Notes: a model not told the origin generated them from the letters alone. Positions 46,066-55,112 are shown, counted from the stretch's first letter. The stretch is DNA of 64,000 nucleotides from Alphaproteobacteria bacterium (GCA_016869375.1 VGEH01000002.1:2044-66043); one strand, 5' to 3'. Program-made: numbers and translations.

Positions 46066-47475
46066 CTAGGCGGCCAGCGTCTTCAGCAGCGCCAGCGCTT
46101 CCTTTTCCAGCGTCTCGGCGGCGGTCGGCGCGTAGGGCGTCGCCCATTCGGTCTCGTAGCCGCCTTCGGAGTAGGCGTCAGCGACGGGGACATAGCCCTG
46201 CCAACCGTTCGAGTAGCCGGCGAGCTGGACGACCGGCAACGGTGCCTGGTCGCGCACGCGCGCGCCGATGCGCGAGAACGGCTCCAGCGGCGCGCCGATG
46301 AGGCCGACATTGCCGAGGCGGATGCCGTGCAGGTCGACGCTCATATGCGTCTGGCCTTGAGTCAGCCGCGCCCAATGCGCGTTCATCGCCGCGCGCTTGT
46401 AGCGGGCGTTGGTGTCGGAGATCTCCTGCGGCGAGGCCTTGGTCTTGTCGAGGGCGACCATCGCCTTGCCGAGCCGATCCTGCTCGGAGGTGGCATCCGC
46501 TGCCGAGCCGTAGTTGCGCACCGGCAGCTTCGCCTTCCGCGTCGTCACCACGAGCTTGGTCTCGGCTTCCGGCCCCGTATCCTCGGCCCAGAGACCGAGC
46601 GGCGCGCCCGATTCCACGACCTTGTCGAAGCGGCGAATGGTCGGCCGTGTCCGGAGCGACATGAGCACGCGGGCCGCCTCGGCGCCAAGGCGCGTGCCGA
46701 TGCGCCGCGGGATCTGCACGTCGCCGGTCAGGCCCTGCTCCGGCATCTGGTCGCCGGCGCAACCCTGCAGGAAGAGACACGGCGCGCCGGTCAGCTGCTC
46801 GACGACGCGCTTGACCGTGCCCGGATAGTCCGGGCTGATCAGGCGGTTCTGGTGCGCCAGCGTGATCGGATGCGTGCCGAAGCCGACGATCGAGGCGATC
46901 GGCTTCTCGTCAAGGTCGTCTAGGCGGACGACGGTGACCGTCTGGTCGACATAGCCGTCGCGGTTCTCGGCGACCAACACCGCGCCCGACGGTCCCTTGA
47001 AGCGGCGGTTCACGGTGACGTCGCTCTTGCCGTAGCCGCCGATCACGCGCGCCTTCTTCGGCGCCATCATCGCCTGGCGCACCGATCCCACGAGCTGAGC
47101 CCGCACATAATCCTGATAGGCCGGCACCAGCTCGGCGCCCGGCAGCTGGCTGTTGCCGCCGAAGCCGCCGGAGACCGTCCAGGGAGGGCCGGCATGGGTG
47201 TGCGTGTAGGCAAGCCGCACGGCCTCGTGCGGCACGCCAGCGGTATCGCCGATCAGCTTCCGGAGCTCGTCCGACTCGTCCATGCCGAAGGAGCCGAAAT
47301 CGACATCGACCAGCACGGCGGTGGTGTTGTCGTCCTGAATGATCATCGTCGTCGCCCAGAGATCGAGATCGATGCCCTCGGCGCGGTCATGAATGCGGGC
47401 ACCCCAATTGACATGGGCGATGCCGACCGGCGGCGTGATGTCGGTACGGCCAACGCCGATGCGAAGCGATGACAT
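46066..47475 (-). CDS. neutral/alkaline ceramidase-like hydrolase superfamily protein
   Basis: 469 aa, SD AAGGAGAG upstream. The N-terminal pattern IGVGRTDITPPVGI...WATTMIIQD...THTHAGP resembles the ceramidase_alk N-domain family. Function unknown. Confidence 0.65.
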   Translation of the reverse strand: MSSLRIGVGRTDITPPVGIAHVNWGARIHDRAEGIDLDLWATTMIIQDDNTTAVLVDVDFGSFGMDESDELRKLIGDTAGVPHEAVRLAYTHTHAGPPWTVSGGFGGNSQLPGAELVPAYQDYVRAQLVGSVRQAMMAPKKARVIGGYGKSDVTVNRRFKGPSGAVLVAENRDGYVDQTVTVVRLDDLDEKPIASIVGFGTHPITLAHQNRLISPDYPGTVKRVVEQLTGAPCLFLQGCAGDQMPEQGLTGDVQIPRRIGTRLGAEAARVLMSLRTRPTIRRFDKVVESGAPLGLWAEDTGPEAETKLVVTTRKAKLPVRNYGSAADATSEQDRLGKAMVALDKTKASPQEISDTNARYKRAAMNAHWARLTQGQTHMSVDLHGIRLGNVGLIGAPLEPFSRIGARVRDQAPLPVVQLAGYSNGWQGYVPVADAYSEGGYETEWATPYAPTAAETLEKEALALLKTLAA

Positions 47476-47492
47476 GAGACCCTCTCCTTAAT

Positions 47493-47885
47493 TCAGGCGG
47501 CGCGCGCGGCAACCGCCTCGATCTCGACCAGGAACTCGGGCCGGGCGAGCCCGGCGACGACAAGGAAGGTAGTCGACGGGAAGCCGGGCCCCGGCAGGTA
47601 TTTTTGTCGCGCGGCACGGACCGCCGGGATCAACCCGCGGTCGACGACGAAGGTCGTGACCTTGACCAGATCGGCCACGCCCATGCCGGCCGCCGCCAGC
47701 ACCTTGAGCACGTTCGACCAGGCGAGATCGGCCTGCGCCTCGGCGCTCTCGGCGAGCACGCCATCGGGTCCGATGCCGAGCTGCCCAGAGACGAAGACCC
47801 AGCGGCAATCCTTCGCCACCTCGAGCCCATGACTGTAAGCGCCGAGCGGCGCCGCGACATCCGGTGGATTGAAGCGGCGATGCAC
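47493..47885 (-). CDS. RidA/YjgF family reactive-intermediate deaminase
   Basis: GTG start, 130 aa. PLGAYSHGLEV...FVSGQLG...VKVTTFV...EIEAVA. Confidence 0.85.
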   Translation of the reverse strand: MHRRFNPPDVAAPLGAYSHGLEVAKDCRWVFVSGQLGIGPDGVLAESAEAQADLAWSNVLKVLAAAGMGVADLVKVTTFVVDRGLIPAVRAARQKYLPGPGFPSTTFLVVAGLARPEFLVEIEAVAARAA

Positions 47886-47889
47886 GAGG

Positions 47890-48867
47890 TTAGCTCTTCG
47901 GACGGATGCCCTGCGCGGAGAGCCGCTCCTTCATGCGGTCCGTCGCCGCGGTGATCGCGGCGGCGATCGCCGGCTCGACGCTCTTGTGGCCGGCTTCGAG
48001 CACCCAGGTGAACTCGGCCTCGGGCCAGGCCTGCTTCAGCTTCCAGGCGATATAGGGGCGCGTCGTCTGGTCGTAGCGGCCCTGGATGATCGCGCCCGGG
48101 ATATGGCGAATCTTCGAGACGCCGTCGATGAGCTGGTTCGGCTTCAGATAGAACTTGTTGATGCAGTAGTCGGTCCAGAAGCGCGCCAGCGGGATGCAGG
48201 CCTCAGGCGCGAGGCCGCCCAGGAGAGCGCCCGGATCCTCGCGGAACGGAATGGTGAAGCAGCTGTACGTGGCAAGCGCCCGCGCTGCCGGCAGGTGCAC
48301 GGCCGGATCGGGATCGAGGGCGCGCTTGTGATAGGCCTTGAGCAGATCGCCGCGCTCGGCCTCCGGGATGAAGGTCGCGAGCTCGTGCCAGCGCTCGGGG
48401 AACATGTTCTTCTGGTGGTTCCACCACCAGTCGACCTCGTCGTCGCCGCCGGTGAAGATGCCGCGGATGACGATGCCGTGGCAGCGGTCGGGGTGGTTCT
48501 GGCTGTAGTGCAGCGACATGAAGCTCGACCACGAGCCGCCGGTCACCAGCCATTTCTCGACGCCCATCTCCTTCCGGATCTTCTCGTAGTCGGCGAGGAT
48601 GTGGGCGGTCGTGTTGTTCTTCAGCTCGCCGTTGTTGGTCGATTTGCCGGTGCCGCGCTGGTCGAAGACGATGATGTCGAAGAAATCCGGATCGTAGTTG
48701 CGGCGGTTGTCCGGCACGGTGCGCCCGCCCGGCCCGCCATGGGTGAATACAACCGGCACGCCCTTCGGATTGCCCGACCGCTCCCAGTAGATCTCATGAA
48801 GATTGTCGACCTTGAGCATGCCGGTCGTATGCGGCTCGATCGACGGGTAGAGGGCGGGCGAAGCCAT
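47890..48867 (-). CDS. pip: prolyl aminopeptidase (proline iminopeptidase), alpha/beta hydrolase
   Basis: Start MASPALYPSIEPH (cat 48865-48867), SD AGGAGA. HGGPGG oxyanion motif, FDQRGTGKS, nucleophile elbow GGSWSS. Confidence 0.85.
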   Translation of the reverse strand: MASPALYPSIEPHTTGMLKVDNLHEIYWERSGNPKGVPVVFTHGGPGGRTVPDNRRNYDPDFFDIIVFDQRGTGKSTNNGELKNNTTAHILADYEKIRKEMGVEKWLVTGGSWSSFMSLHYSQNHPDRCHGIVIRGIFTGGDDEVDWWWNHQKNMFPERWHELATFIPEAERGDLLKAYHKRALDPDPAVHLPAARALATYSCFTIPFREDPGALLGGLAPEACIPLARFWTDYCINKFYLKPNQLIDGVSKIRHIPGAIIQGRYDQTTRPYIAWKLKQAWPEAEFTWVLEAGHKSVEPAIAAAITAATDRMKERLSAQGIRPKS

Positions 48868-48930
48868 GTGCAGATGTCTCCTGACGTGAGACCGGCGGCG
48901 CACCTGGGCGCGCCGCCGGCCTTGAGCAGA

Positions 48931-48948
48931 CTAGGGCCTGTTAACACT
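48931..48948. repeat. IS left terminal inverted repeat (ctagggcctgttaacact)
   Basis: Exact reverse complement of 49723-49740. The outer CTAG is palindromic, so it could be part of the IR or a 4-bp (or TA) target duplication. Confidence 0.85.
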
Positions 48949-49704
48949 GTCTCAGAGCTTCGACGGATAGTGCGAAGCAAAGGAAAGCTCTGAACATTGT
49001 GTCGAGCTTGTCGAAGCGGCTGAAGATGCGGCGGAAGCCCTTGAGCCTGCGGAACAGCCGCTCGATCTCGTTGCGTCGGCGGTACCAAGCCTTGCTGTAG
49101 GACCAAGGTTGGACGCGAGTTGAGAGCGGCGGAACGACCGGGATGAAGCCGAGATCGAGTGCAAGCTGGCGAGTTTCGTTGCCTTCATATGCCCGATCCA
49201 TGATCAGTCGGCAGCGCCTGGGCAGTTGCGGAAGCGTGCGCAGCAGGTCGCGGCCGGCCGGCGCGTCGTGGTCCTGTCCGGCGGTCAGGGAGAACGCGAT
49301 GGCGCATCGAGCATCCGCGGCAACCATATGAACTTTGGTTGTCCATCCGCCGCGGGATTTGCCGATCGCTTGCGGGCCGCTTTTTTTAAAGCCCCGGTGC
49401 CGTCGGGGTGCACCTTCACGATCGTACTGTCGAGGCTGACCGCCTCGATCTTGATGCGGATGAGCTGATGATGCTGCAACGCCTCGAACAACCGATCCAG
49501 CACGCCCGCCTTCGCCCAGCGGCTCATGCGCGTGTAGATCGTGTGCCAATTGCCGAAGCGCTTGGGCAACCCTCGCCACTTGCAGCCATGCTCCGCCACA
49601 TACAGGATCGCGTTGATAACCTGCAAATTCTCAAGCCGAACGTTGCCGCGTTGCACAGGCAACGAGGGCTCAATCAAACTGAACTGCTCGGGTGTGATTT
49701 CCAT
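48941..49704 (-). CDS. IS5-family DDE transposase OrfA/OrfAB (programmed -1 frameshift)
   Basis: OrfA is 49704..49285 (MEITPEQFSLIEPSLP...GTGALKKAARK). The -1 frame continues as ...GALKK/SGPQAIGKSRGGWTTKVH... to TAA 48941-48943. DDE candidates: LDSTIVKVH, LIMDRAYEG, RRRNEIERLFRRLK. Confidence 0.88.
49381..49387 (-). other. A7 slippery heptamer (A AAA AAA) for the -1 ribosomal frameshift
   Basis: ttttttt on the plus strand. On the coding strand GCT TTA AAA AAA GCG (OrfA) is re-read as ...AAA AAA AGC GGC (OrfB frame). Confidence 0.75.
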
Positions 49705-49722
49705 GCGAGCAGTCTAACACAT

Positions 49723-49740
49723 AGTGTTAACAGGCCCTAG
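49723..49740. repeat. IS right terminal inverted repeat (agtgttaacaggccctag)
   Basis: Exact reverse complement of 48931-48948. Confidence 0.85.
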
Positions 49741-49859
49741 TCGTATTACTAGTTGTTTTGTGCCTCTCAAGGCAAAGATGGCTGAGGCGTTGCCGCGCGC
49801 GCATGCTTTGCTTCGATCTGAGGTGGGCCGAACGGGCTGCCGACGCCCGGGGGGATGAC

Positions 49860-51830
49860 ATGGCGGCGAGTTTGGCAGATGCGTCCAGCGAAGGGTTCTA
49901 TCGCGACCCCAATGAGATCGTCGATTGGCTGGACAAGGGTGGCTGGGTGGTCGCCGACAAAGAGGAGTTCGGTGGGCCTCTGGGTCTGCTCCTCGAACTA
50001 CGCCATCCCTCAATGCCGCCGCCAGTTGATGTTCTTGTTCTCGCCGTCGATTCCGTAGGAACCCCAAACGAAGAAGCGCGGCGTCTTCTCGCTGCACGAG
50101 CTGCCGATCGCGGCATCGGTGCCGCATTAGGTTCGCTGAAACCGAGCGACCGGGAGCGGTTCGCGCTCGGCTTGGTATTCCGGGGTCAGACAGTGTCGGC
50201 GACGTCCCGTCTCGACGATCTCTCAGAAGTCCTCTTGAGCAAACTCGTCGTCGCTCGGGATCGAGCAGAGAAATACTCCCATCCAGCTAAAGCGGGAGAG
50301 GCTCCGCTCAAAGAACAGCCCAAGCTGCGGACGATCGTCGATGACTTGTCGGCGGTGTCAGACGGGCTTCCGGCGAAACCGGGTCTCGGCTTCGACCGGA
50401 TCGCCTCCGCGTTCGTTAGGCTGCTCGATGGCGTCGTCGCCGAAGCGCGGGACCGCGAGGCGAGGGACGACAGCCTGATCACGGTCGGCATCTACGGCCC
50501 GTGGGGTTCGGGCAAGTCGACGCTGATGCGGGCGGTACAGGATGCGCTCCCGGCGGATGCGTACTTGCCGATCGCGATCAATCCGTGGAAGTCGACGGAG
50601 AAAGACAGCCTCTTCGGCCTCTTCCATGGCCGCACCCTCGACCAGCTCGCGCCGCGCTTCCTTCGCATCCGCTCGCGCACGCTGATCCGGGCGCTGCTCT
50701 GATCTCGAACCCACCCGTGGCTCTACGGCTCGGCGATTGTCATCGCGCTGTTCGCCGCGGCTTTCCTGATCGACACCAGTCTGAGCTGGCAGATGGTCAA
50801 CGACCTCTACCATGCCTGGCGCACGGCGAAGCCGGGCGATGAGCTCAAGGACGTCCGCTACATCATGGAGTGGTATCCGGTCGGGCTCATGGCGCAGCTC
50901 GTCCCCTGGCTTGCCGCCTGCGTGCCTTTCCTGATCAAGGCCGGCCCGCACCTTGTCCGGCATCTTGGTGCGCGGATTAACTTCGTCTCCGGCAGCACCG
51001 AGGATCTGCAGAAGCTCTACCGAGACCTAGCCAAGATGGCGCGCTCGGAGGCCCGCACCCTCGTCTTCTTCATCGACGATCTCGATCGCTGCACGCCGTC
51101 TCGGGTCTCGGAGTTCATCGAGTCCGTCCACAGCCTGACAGCGGCGGGCTGCATCGTCTTCGTCGCCTGCGACGACGAGTATGTCGCGGCCGCCCTCAAT
51201 GCCAAGTACAGGGAAATTGTCGTCCATCATCGCGACGGCAAAGGCTTCGGGCGCGGCTTCCTTGGCAAGATCGTGCAGGTCCCGTTCCGCGTCCCGATGG
51301 TCGACGAGGCTGGCGCGCGATCGGTGCTGTTCCCGGCATCGGCGGCGCCTGACTCCGCAACGGAAGCGGGCACAGCGTCCGCAGGCGCCCGCCCCAGGCC
51401 CGCGGGACCAGTCGCCGAGTCGTCTCCGGCACCCGAGATCAAGCTCGAGGAAGCCAAGCTGAGCGCTATCGTCGGCGAGACGATCGGGCCTCTGGTGCGC
51501 CCTCTCGGGCTCAATATCCGCTTTCTCAAGAGTCTCGTCGCGACGCTCAAGCTGCAGCTTCACATCGGCGGCTTCGTCAGCGAGGCCGAGGCGCGGCGCC
51601 TGGCCGCCGCCGCCCTGGCGGATGCCGTCGATCCGGCTTGGCTCGACGCGCATGCGCTCGGGCGGTCGCCACCCGAGGACTCGGTCCTGGCCCTGCACGG
51701 CGATCTGACTGAGCGTTTGCGCGAGATCATCGGTACGGACCAGGCCGATCTGCATCGTATCTGTCAGCGGCTCGGTCGCCGGGCGCGGCTACTGGCGAAG
51801 CCGCTACCGCCTGCGTCCCAAGGCCCGTAG
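49860..51830 (+). pseudogene. KAP family P-loop NTPase interrupted by one in-frame TGA (50700-50702)
   Basis: ORFs 49758..50702 and 50793..51830 are in the same frame, with only one stop between them. Walker A GPWGSGKST (50496-50522). After the TGA comes a hydrophobic helix, WLYGSAIVIALFAAAFLI, and a second helix LMAQLVPWLAACVPFLI. Walker B LVFFIDDLDRC (51060-51092), then FLGKIVQVPFRVP. Likely start is ATG 49860 (MAASLADASS). Confidence 0.8.
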
Positions 51831-51906
51831 ATCGTCTGACAGCACTTGTGCCGCGCGGTGCCGGCATTGCGGTGCTAAACTAGCCGTCCCTTCAAGGAGA
51901 GGCGCG

Positions 51907-52407
51907 ATGCGTCGGATCCTCGCCGGCAGGAACGAGCCGGGCCTTCCTCGTCGCCACGCGCTTGTCGGTGCGGCAGCGCTCGCCTGGCTTCCTGCTGCCG
52001 CTATCGCCCAGGCGCCCGCCATCCACGTCAACCGCGATCCGAATTGCGGCTGCTGCGACGGCTGGATCGCGCATCTGCGGGCCAGCGGCTTCGTCGCGAC
52101 CGTGTTCGACGCGGCCGATATCCGCCGCGTGAAGATGTGGCTCGGCGTTCCCGACGACCTCGCCGCCTGCCACACCGCCGAGATCGCGGGCTATGCGATC
52201 GAGGGCCACGTGCCGGCGCCGGCGATCCTGCGGCTGATCAGGGAGCGGCCCCAGGCCAAGGGCCTCGCCGTGCCGGGCATGCCGATCGGCTCGCCAGGCA
52301 TGGAGGTCGAAGGCGCGCCGCCGGACGAGTACGACGTGATCCTGTTCGGCCCCGCAGGCCGTCGGGTCTATTCGCGCTTCAAGGGCGCGGTCGAGCTCAG
52401 CACCTGA
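51907..52407 (+). CDS. DUF411 (CopG-like) periplasmic metal-binding protein
   Basis: 166 aa, SD AAGGAGAG. Signal sequence, then VNRDPNCGCCDGWIAHL, ACHTAEIAGYAIEGHVP, GLAVPGMPIGSPGME. Confidence 0.85.
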   Translation: MRRILAGRNEPGLPRRHALVGAAALAWLPAAAIAQAPAIHVNRDPNCGCCDGWIAHLRASGFVATVFDAADIRRVKMWLGVPDDLAACHTAEIAGYAIEGHVPAPAILRLIRERPQAKGLAVPGMPIGSPGMEVEGAPPDEYDVILFGPAGRRVYSRFKGAVELST

Positions 52408-53351
52408 CCGTCGCCGGCCCGGACTGCTCCGGGCTCGTTCTCGTACCGATCGAGGATGATGTTGCCGTTGCGGATCAGGACATCGATCCGGTCGACCGGC
52501 TTGCCGAAGCAGGTGAGCGGCTGCACATGGAGCGAGATGCCGGCCACGTGCTCGATGCCGGTCACCGGCGCGGCATAGATGTCATAGCCCGCGCGTCGTG
52601 CCTTGAGGACGAGATCGACCTCCTCGAAGAAGTGCGGCGAGAGGCGCGGATCGAAGCTGATCCCGGCGTCGTGGAGACGCGCGGCGTGAAGGGCGAAGGC
52701 GAAGCCGCTGAGCGTGTCGACGACGAAGGGCTCCGCGAAGCTGCCCACCTCGATGCGCCGGCTGGGCCTCAGCGGATCGAAGCTCATGAAGTTCCCGTTG
52801 ATGCCGACTGCCAACGCGCGGGGCAGCGTCAGGACGTATCGCTCGAGCGCTGCGAGCGCGTCGAGCGACACCTTGAGGTCGGCGTTCAGCACGAAGATGA
52901 CGTCGCCTTCCGCCTGGTTGATGCCCGTGTTCCAGGAGCGGGAGACGCCGATGTTGTGCTTGTTGAAGCTGAACTTGTCGATGCGCGGGTGCTCGCTGAG
53001 GTCGGCGAACATCTCGGCGCTGTTGAAGACGCAGATCACCTCGCCGTCGAAGTCCTGGAGGTCGGCGAGAAGCGAGACGATGTCGTAGGGCGAGTTCGGC
53101 GAGTAGTCGAGGACCGGGATGACGATGCTGCGTACCGGCCGCTCGACGGCCGGCGAAGGGTTCAAGGTCTTGACGCGCTGCACCGTCCACCTGGCTTCGC
53201 GATAGCGGCCGGCCTCGCAGGCGGCGGCGGTGTAGTCCTGCCAGAGCTTGAGCGAGGACGGCGCCTCGGCGAGCGAACGCCGCAAGGGCGTCGTCATGCC
53301 GGCGTAGTTGTGGCCCTCAGGCACGGGGGAGCGATCGCCGGTCATGGTCAC
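52368..53351 (-). CDS. glycosyltransferase family 2-like protein
   Basis: 327 aa. The start is uncertain: GTG 53351, ATG 53345 or Met19. GT-A fold pattern IVIPVLDYSP...VICVFNS...VSRSWNTGINQAEGDVIFVLNADL. The 3' end overlaps the DUF411 gene by 40 nt. Confidence 0.7.
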   Translation of the reverse strand: MTMTGDRSPVPEGHNYAGMTTPLRRSLAEAPSSLKLWQDYTAAACEAGRYREARWTVQRVKTLNPSPAVERPVRSIVIPVLDYSPNSPYDIVSLLADLQDFDGEVICVFNSAEMFADLSEHPRIDKFSFNKHNIGVSRSWNTGINQAEGDVIFVLNADLKVSLDALAALERYVLTLPRALAVGINGNFMSFDPLRPSRRIEVGSFAEPFVVDTLSGFAFALHAARLHDAGISFDPRLSPHFFEEVDLVLKARRAGYDIYAAPVTGIEHVAGISLHVQPLTCFGKPVDRIDVLIRNGNIILDRYENEPGAVRAGDGQVLSSTAPLKRE

Positions 53352-53520
53352 GAAGCCGAGCTCAGGTTCAGAGGGGGGAGGAGATCAGGCTACAGGATTC
53401 CCGCCGTTCCCGCTCGCGCAGATGTCATGGTCCCCGCGCTTGCGAGGCTCCGGGGCGGAAGCGACAATCGCAGCCATCGTGGGGGCGTCCGCGAGCCAAG
53501 AAATCCGAGGAGGATCGACT

Positions 53521-54396
53521 ATGGACGACAGCAACGACATCAAGAGCCTTTTTCCCAAGACCCATGTCTCGCGCCGCGGTTTCGTCGCTGCCACGACGGT
53601 CGGCGCCGGCTTCGCGCTGGCGGTGCAGCCGATCCAGGCGCAGACGGTAATCACCACCGACACCGCCGGCCTGACCTCCGGCGATGCGAAGATCCCGACG
53701 CCGACCGGCGATATCTACGGCTACTACGCGCATCCGACCGCCGGCGGCCCTTTCGCCACCGTCGTCGTGATCCAGGAGATCTTCGGCGTGCATGAGCACA
53801 TCAAGGATGTGGTCCGCCGCTTCGCCAAGGCCGGCTACTTCGCGGTCGCGCCCGATCTGCACGGCCGCCAGGGTGACACTACCAAGGCGCCCGACATCCA
53901 GGCGATCCTGGCGATCGTCAACAGGGTGCCGGACGCCCAGGTCTATGCCGATATCGACGCGGCGGTCGCCTGGGCCAAGGCTACCGGCAAGGGCGACACC
54001 AACCGGCTCGGTGTCACCGGCTTTTGCTGGGGCGGCCGCATGAGCTGGATGTACACGGCGCACAATCCGAACGTGAAGGCGGCCTCGCCCTTCTACGGCC
54101 CGCTGATCCGGCCCGCGACCGAGCTGCAGCCGAAGAATCCGATCGACGTCGCCGCCCAGATCAAGATCCCGGTGCTCGCCTTCTACGGCGCCGCCGATCA
54201 GGGCATCCCGAACGACACGGTCGAGAAGATGCGGGCCGAGCTCAAGGCCAAGGGCGTCGCCTCGTCCGAGATCATCCTCTACCCGGACACGCCGCACGGC
54301 TTCCATGCCGATTACCGGCCGAGCTATCGCGCCGACAAGGCGAAGGAAGCCTGGGAGAAGATGATCGCCTACTTCAAGAGCCGGGGCGTCGCGTAA
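53521..54396 (+). CDS. dienelactone hydrolase family protein, Tat-exported
   Basis: ATG 53521 after the SD gaggagga. Twin-arginine HVSRRGFVAATTVGAGFALA. QEIFGVHEHIKDV, nucleophile motif GFCWGG, C-terminal HGFHADY. Confidence 0.85.
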   Translation: MDDSNDIKSLFPKTHVSRRGFVAATTVGAGFALAVQPIQAQTVITTDTAGLTSGDAKIPTPTGDIYGYYAHPTAGGPFATVVVIQEIFGVHEHIKDVVRRFAKAGYFAVAPDLHGRQGDTTKAPDIQAILAIVNRVPDAQVYADIDAAVAWAKATGKGDTNRLGVTGFCWGGRMSWMYTAHNPNVKAASPFYGPLIRPATELQPKNPIDVAAQIKIPVLAFYGAADQGIPNDTVEKMRAELKAKGVASSEIILYPDTPHGFHADYRPSYRADKAKEAWEKMIAYFKSRGVA

Positions 54397-54416
54397 GACA
54401 TCGTCGACCGATTATG

Positions 54417-54449
54417 GAAACGGCGCCTTCGGGCGCCGTTTCTGTTTCT
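54417..54449. terminator. intrinsic terminator (bidirectional position)
   Basis: Perfect 11-bp stem gaaacggcgcc / ttcg / ggcgccgtttc, followed by tgtttct. The tail overlaps the vapC stop codon. Confidence 0.8.
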
Positions 54450-54849
54450 AGCGCCGCGCGTCCTGGCGCAGAAGTTGTCCTCGCCACTCCAGGATTCGCT
54501 CGTCCGCGGTCAGGAGCGTCGCGCCGCTCCTGATTGCGGATGCGACGATGAGCTGATCGGCGGGATCGGCGTGAAAATCCGGGAGCGTCGACGCTTCGGT
54601 AGCCGCTACGCCATCGAGAGGGATTTCGATGATTCCTTGGCGCAGCACGTCATCGCGCCATGCGGTGGGAGAAGTCGCAAGCCGAAATCGATTCTTTCGC
54701 ACAAGCGTTGCGACTTCCCAGAAGCTGATCGCGGATACCAGCACGCCTCGGTGTCGTACGAGTTCCTGGCATCGCCGCTGTGCGACAGGCCCAAGACGTT
54801 CGCTCCCTAGGACGAGCCAAATCAGCGCGTGGGTGTCGAGAAGGATCAC
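54448..54849 (-). CDS. vapC: type II toxin VapC (PIN domain ribonuclease)
   Basis: GTG start, 133 aa. ILLDTHALIWL..., ISFWEVA, DPADQLIVASA..., LLTADERI (PIN acidic residues). GTGA overlap with the antitoxin stop. Confidence 0.85.
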   Translation of the reverse strand: MILLDTHALIWLVLGSERLGPVAQRRCQELVRHRGVLVSAISFWEVATLVRKNRFRLATSPTAWRDDVLRQGIIEIPLDGVAATEASTLPDFHADPADQLIVASAIRSGATLLTADERILEWRGQLLRQDARR

Positions 54850-55112
54850 GCTTCGTCGCTCAACGCCTCCCAGGGCTCATCGAGCGGCGAGATGATGTCG
54901 CCGAGAATGACGGCCGAGCCGCGCATCGAGCCGAACAGGCTTTGCGACGCGGCGATCTCCGGGACCAGGCGTGCGACCGGTCGACCGCGTTTGGTGATCA
55001 CCAGCGGCTGACCTGTGCGTTCGACCTCGTCCATCAAGGCAAGACACTTCGCCTTGAACTCACCGGCGGCGACGGTCTTCGGGCCAAGAGTCTTTTTTAT
55101 GACCATGGTCAT
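54846..55112 (-). CDS. type II antitoxin, Phd/YefM family
   Basis: MTMVIKKTLGPKTVAAGEFKAKCLALMDEVERTGQPLVITKRGRPVARLVP. The start is ambiguous (ATG 55112 or 55106; TTG 55127 in the ORF track). Confidence 0.8.
   Translation of the reverse strand: MTMVIKKTLGPKTVAAGEFKAKCLALMDEVERTGQPLVITKRGRPVARLVPEIAASQSLFGSMRGSAVILGDIISPLDEPWEALSDEA

Larger units (their letters stand above)
48931..49740 (-). mobile_element. IS5-family insertion sequence (IS427-group-like), 810 bp, apparently intact
   Basis: Perfect 18-bp terminal inverted repeats enclose two overlapping transposase frames joined at an A7 slippery run. GC is lower than in the flanks. Confidence 0.9.

Noticed and set aside
47890-48867. The alpha/beta hydrolase as the missing pcaD (3-oxoadipate enol-lactonase)
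   Set aside because: It carries the HGGPGG and FDQRGTGKS motifs, and its length is characteristic of proline iminopeptidases. It is also 6 kb away in a different operon.
50700-50702. In-frame TGA of the KAP NTPase as a selenocysteine or programmed read-through codon
   Set aside because: I saw no obvious stable SECIS-like hairpin immediately downstream. The position is a linker before a TM helix rather than a redox site, and KAP NTPases are not known selenoproteins. A nonsense mutation or a sequencing error is more parsimonious. This remains unproven without reads or orthologs.
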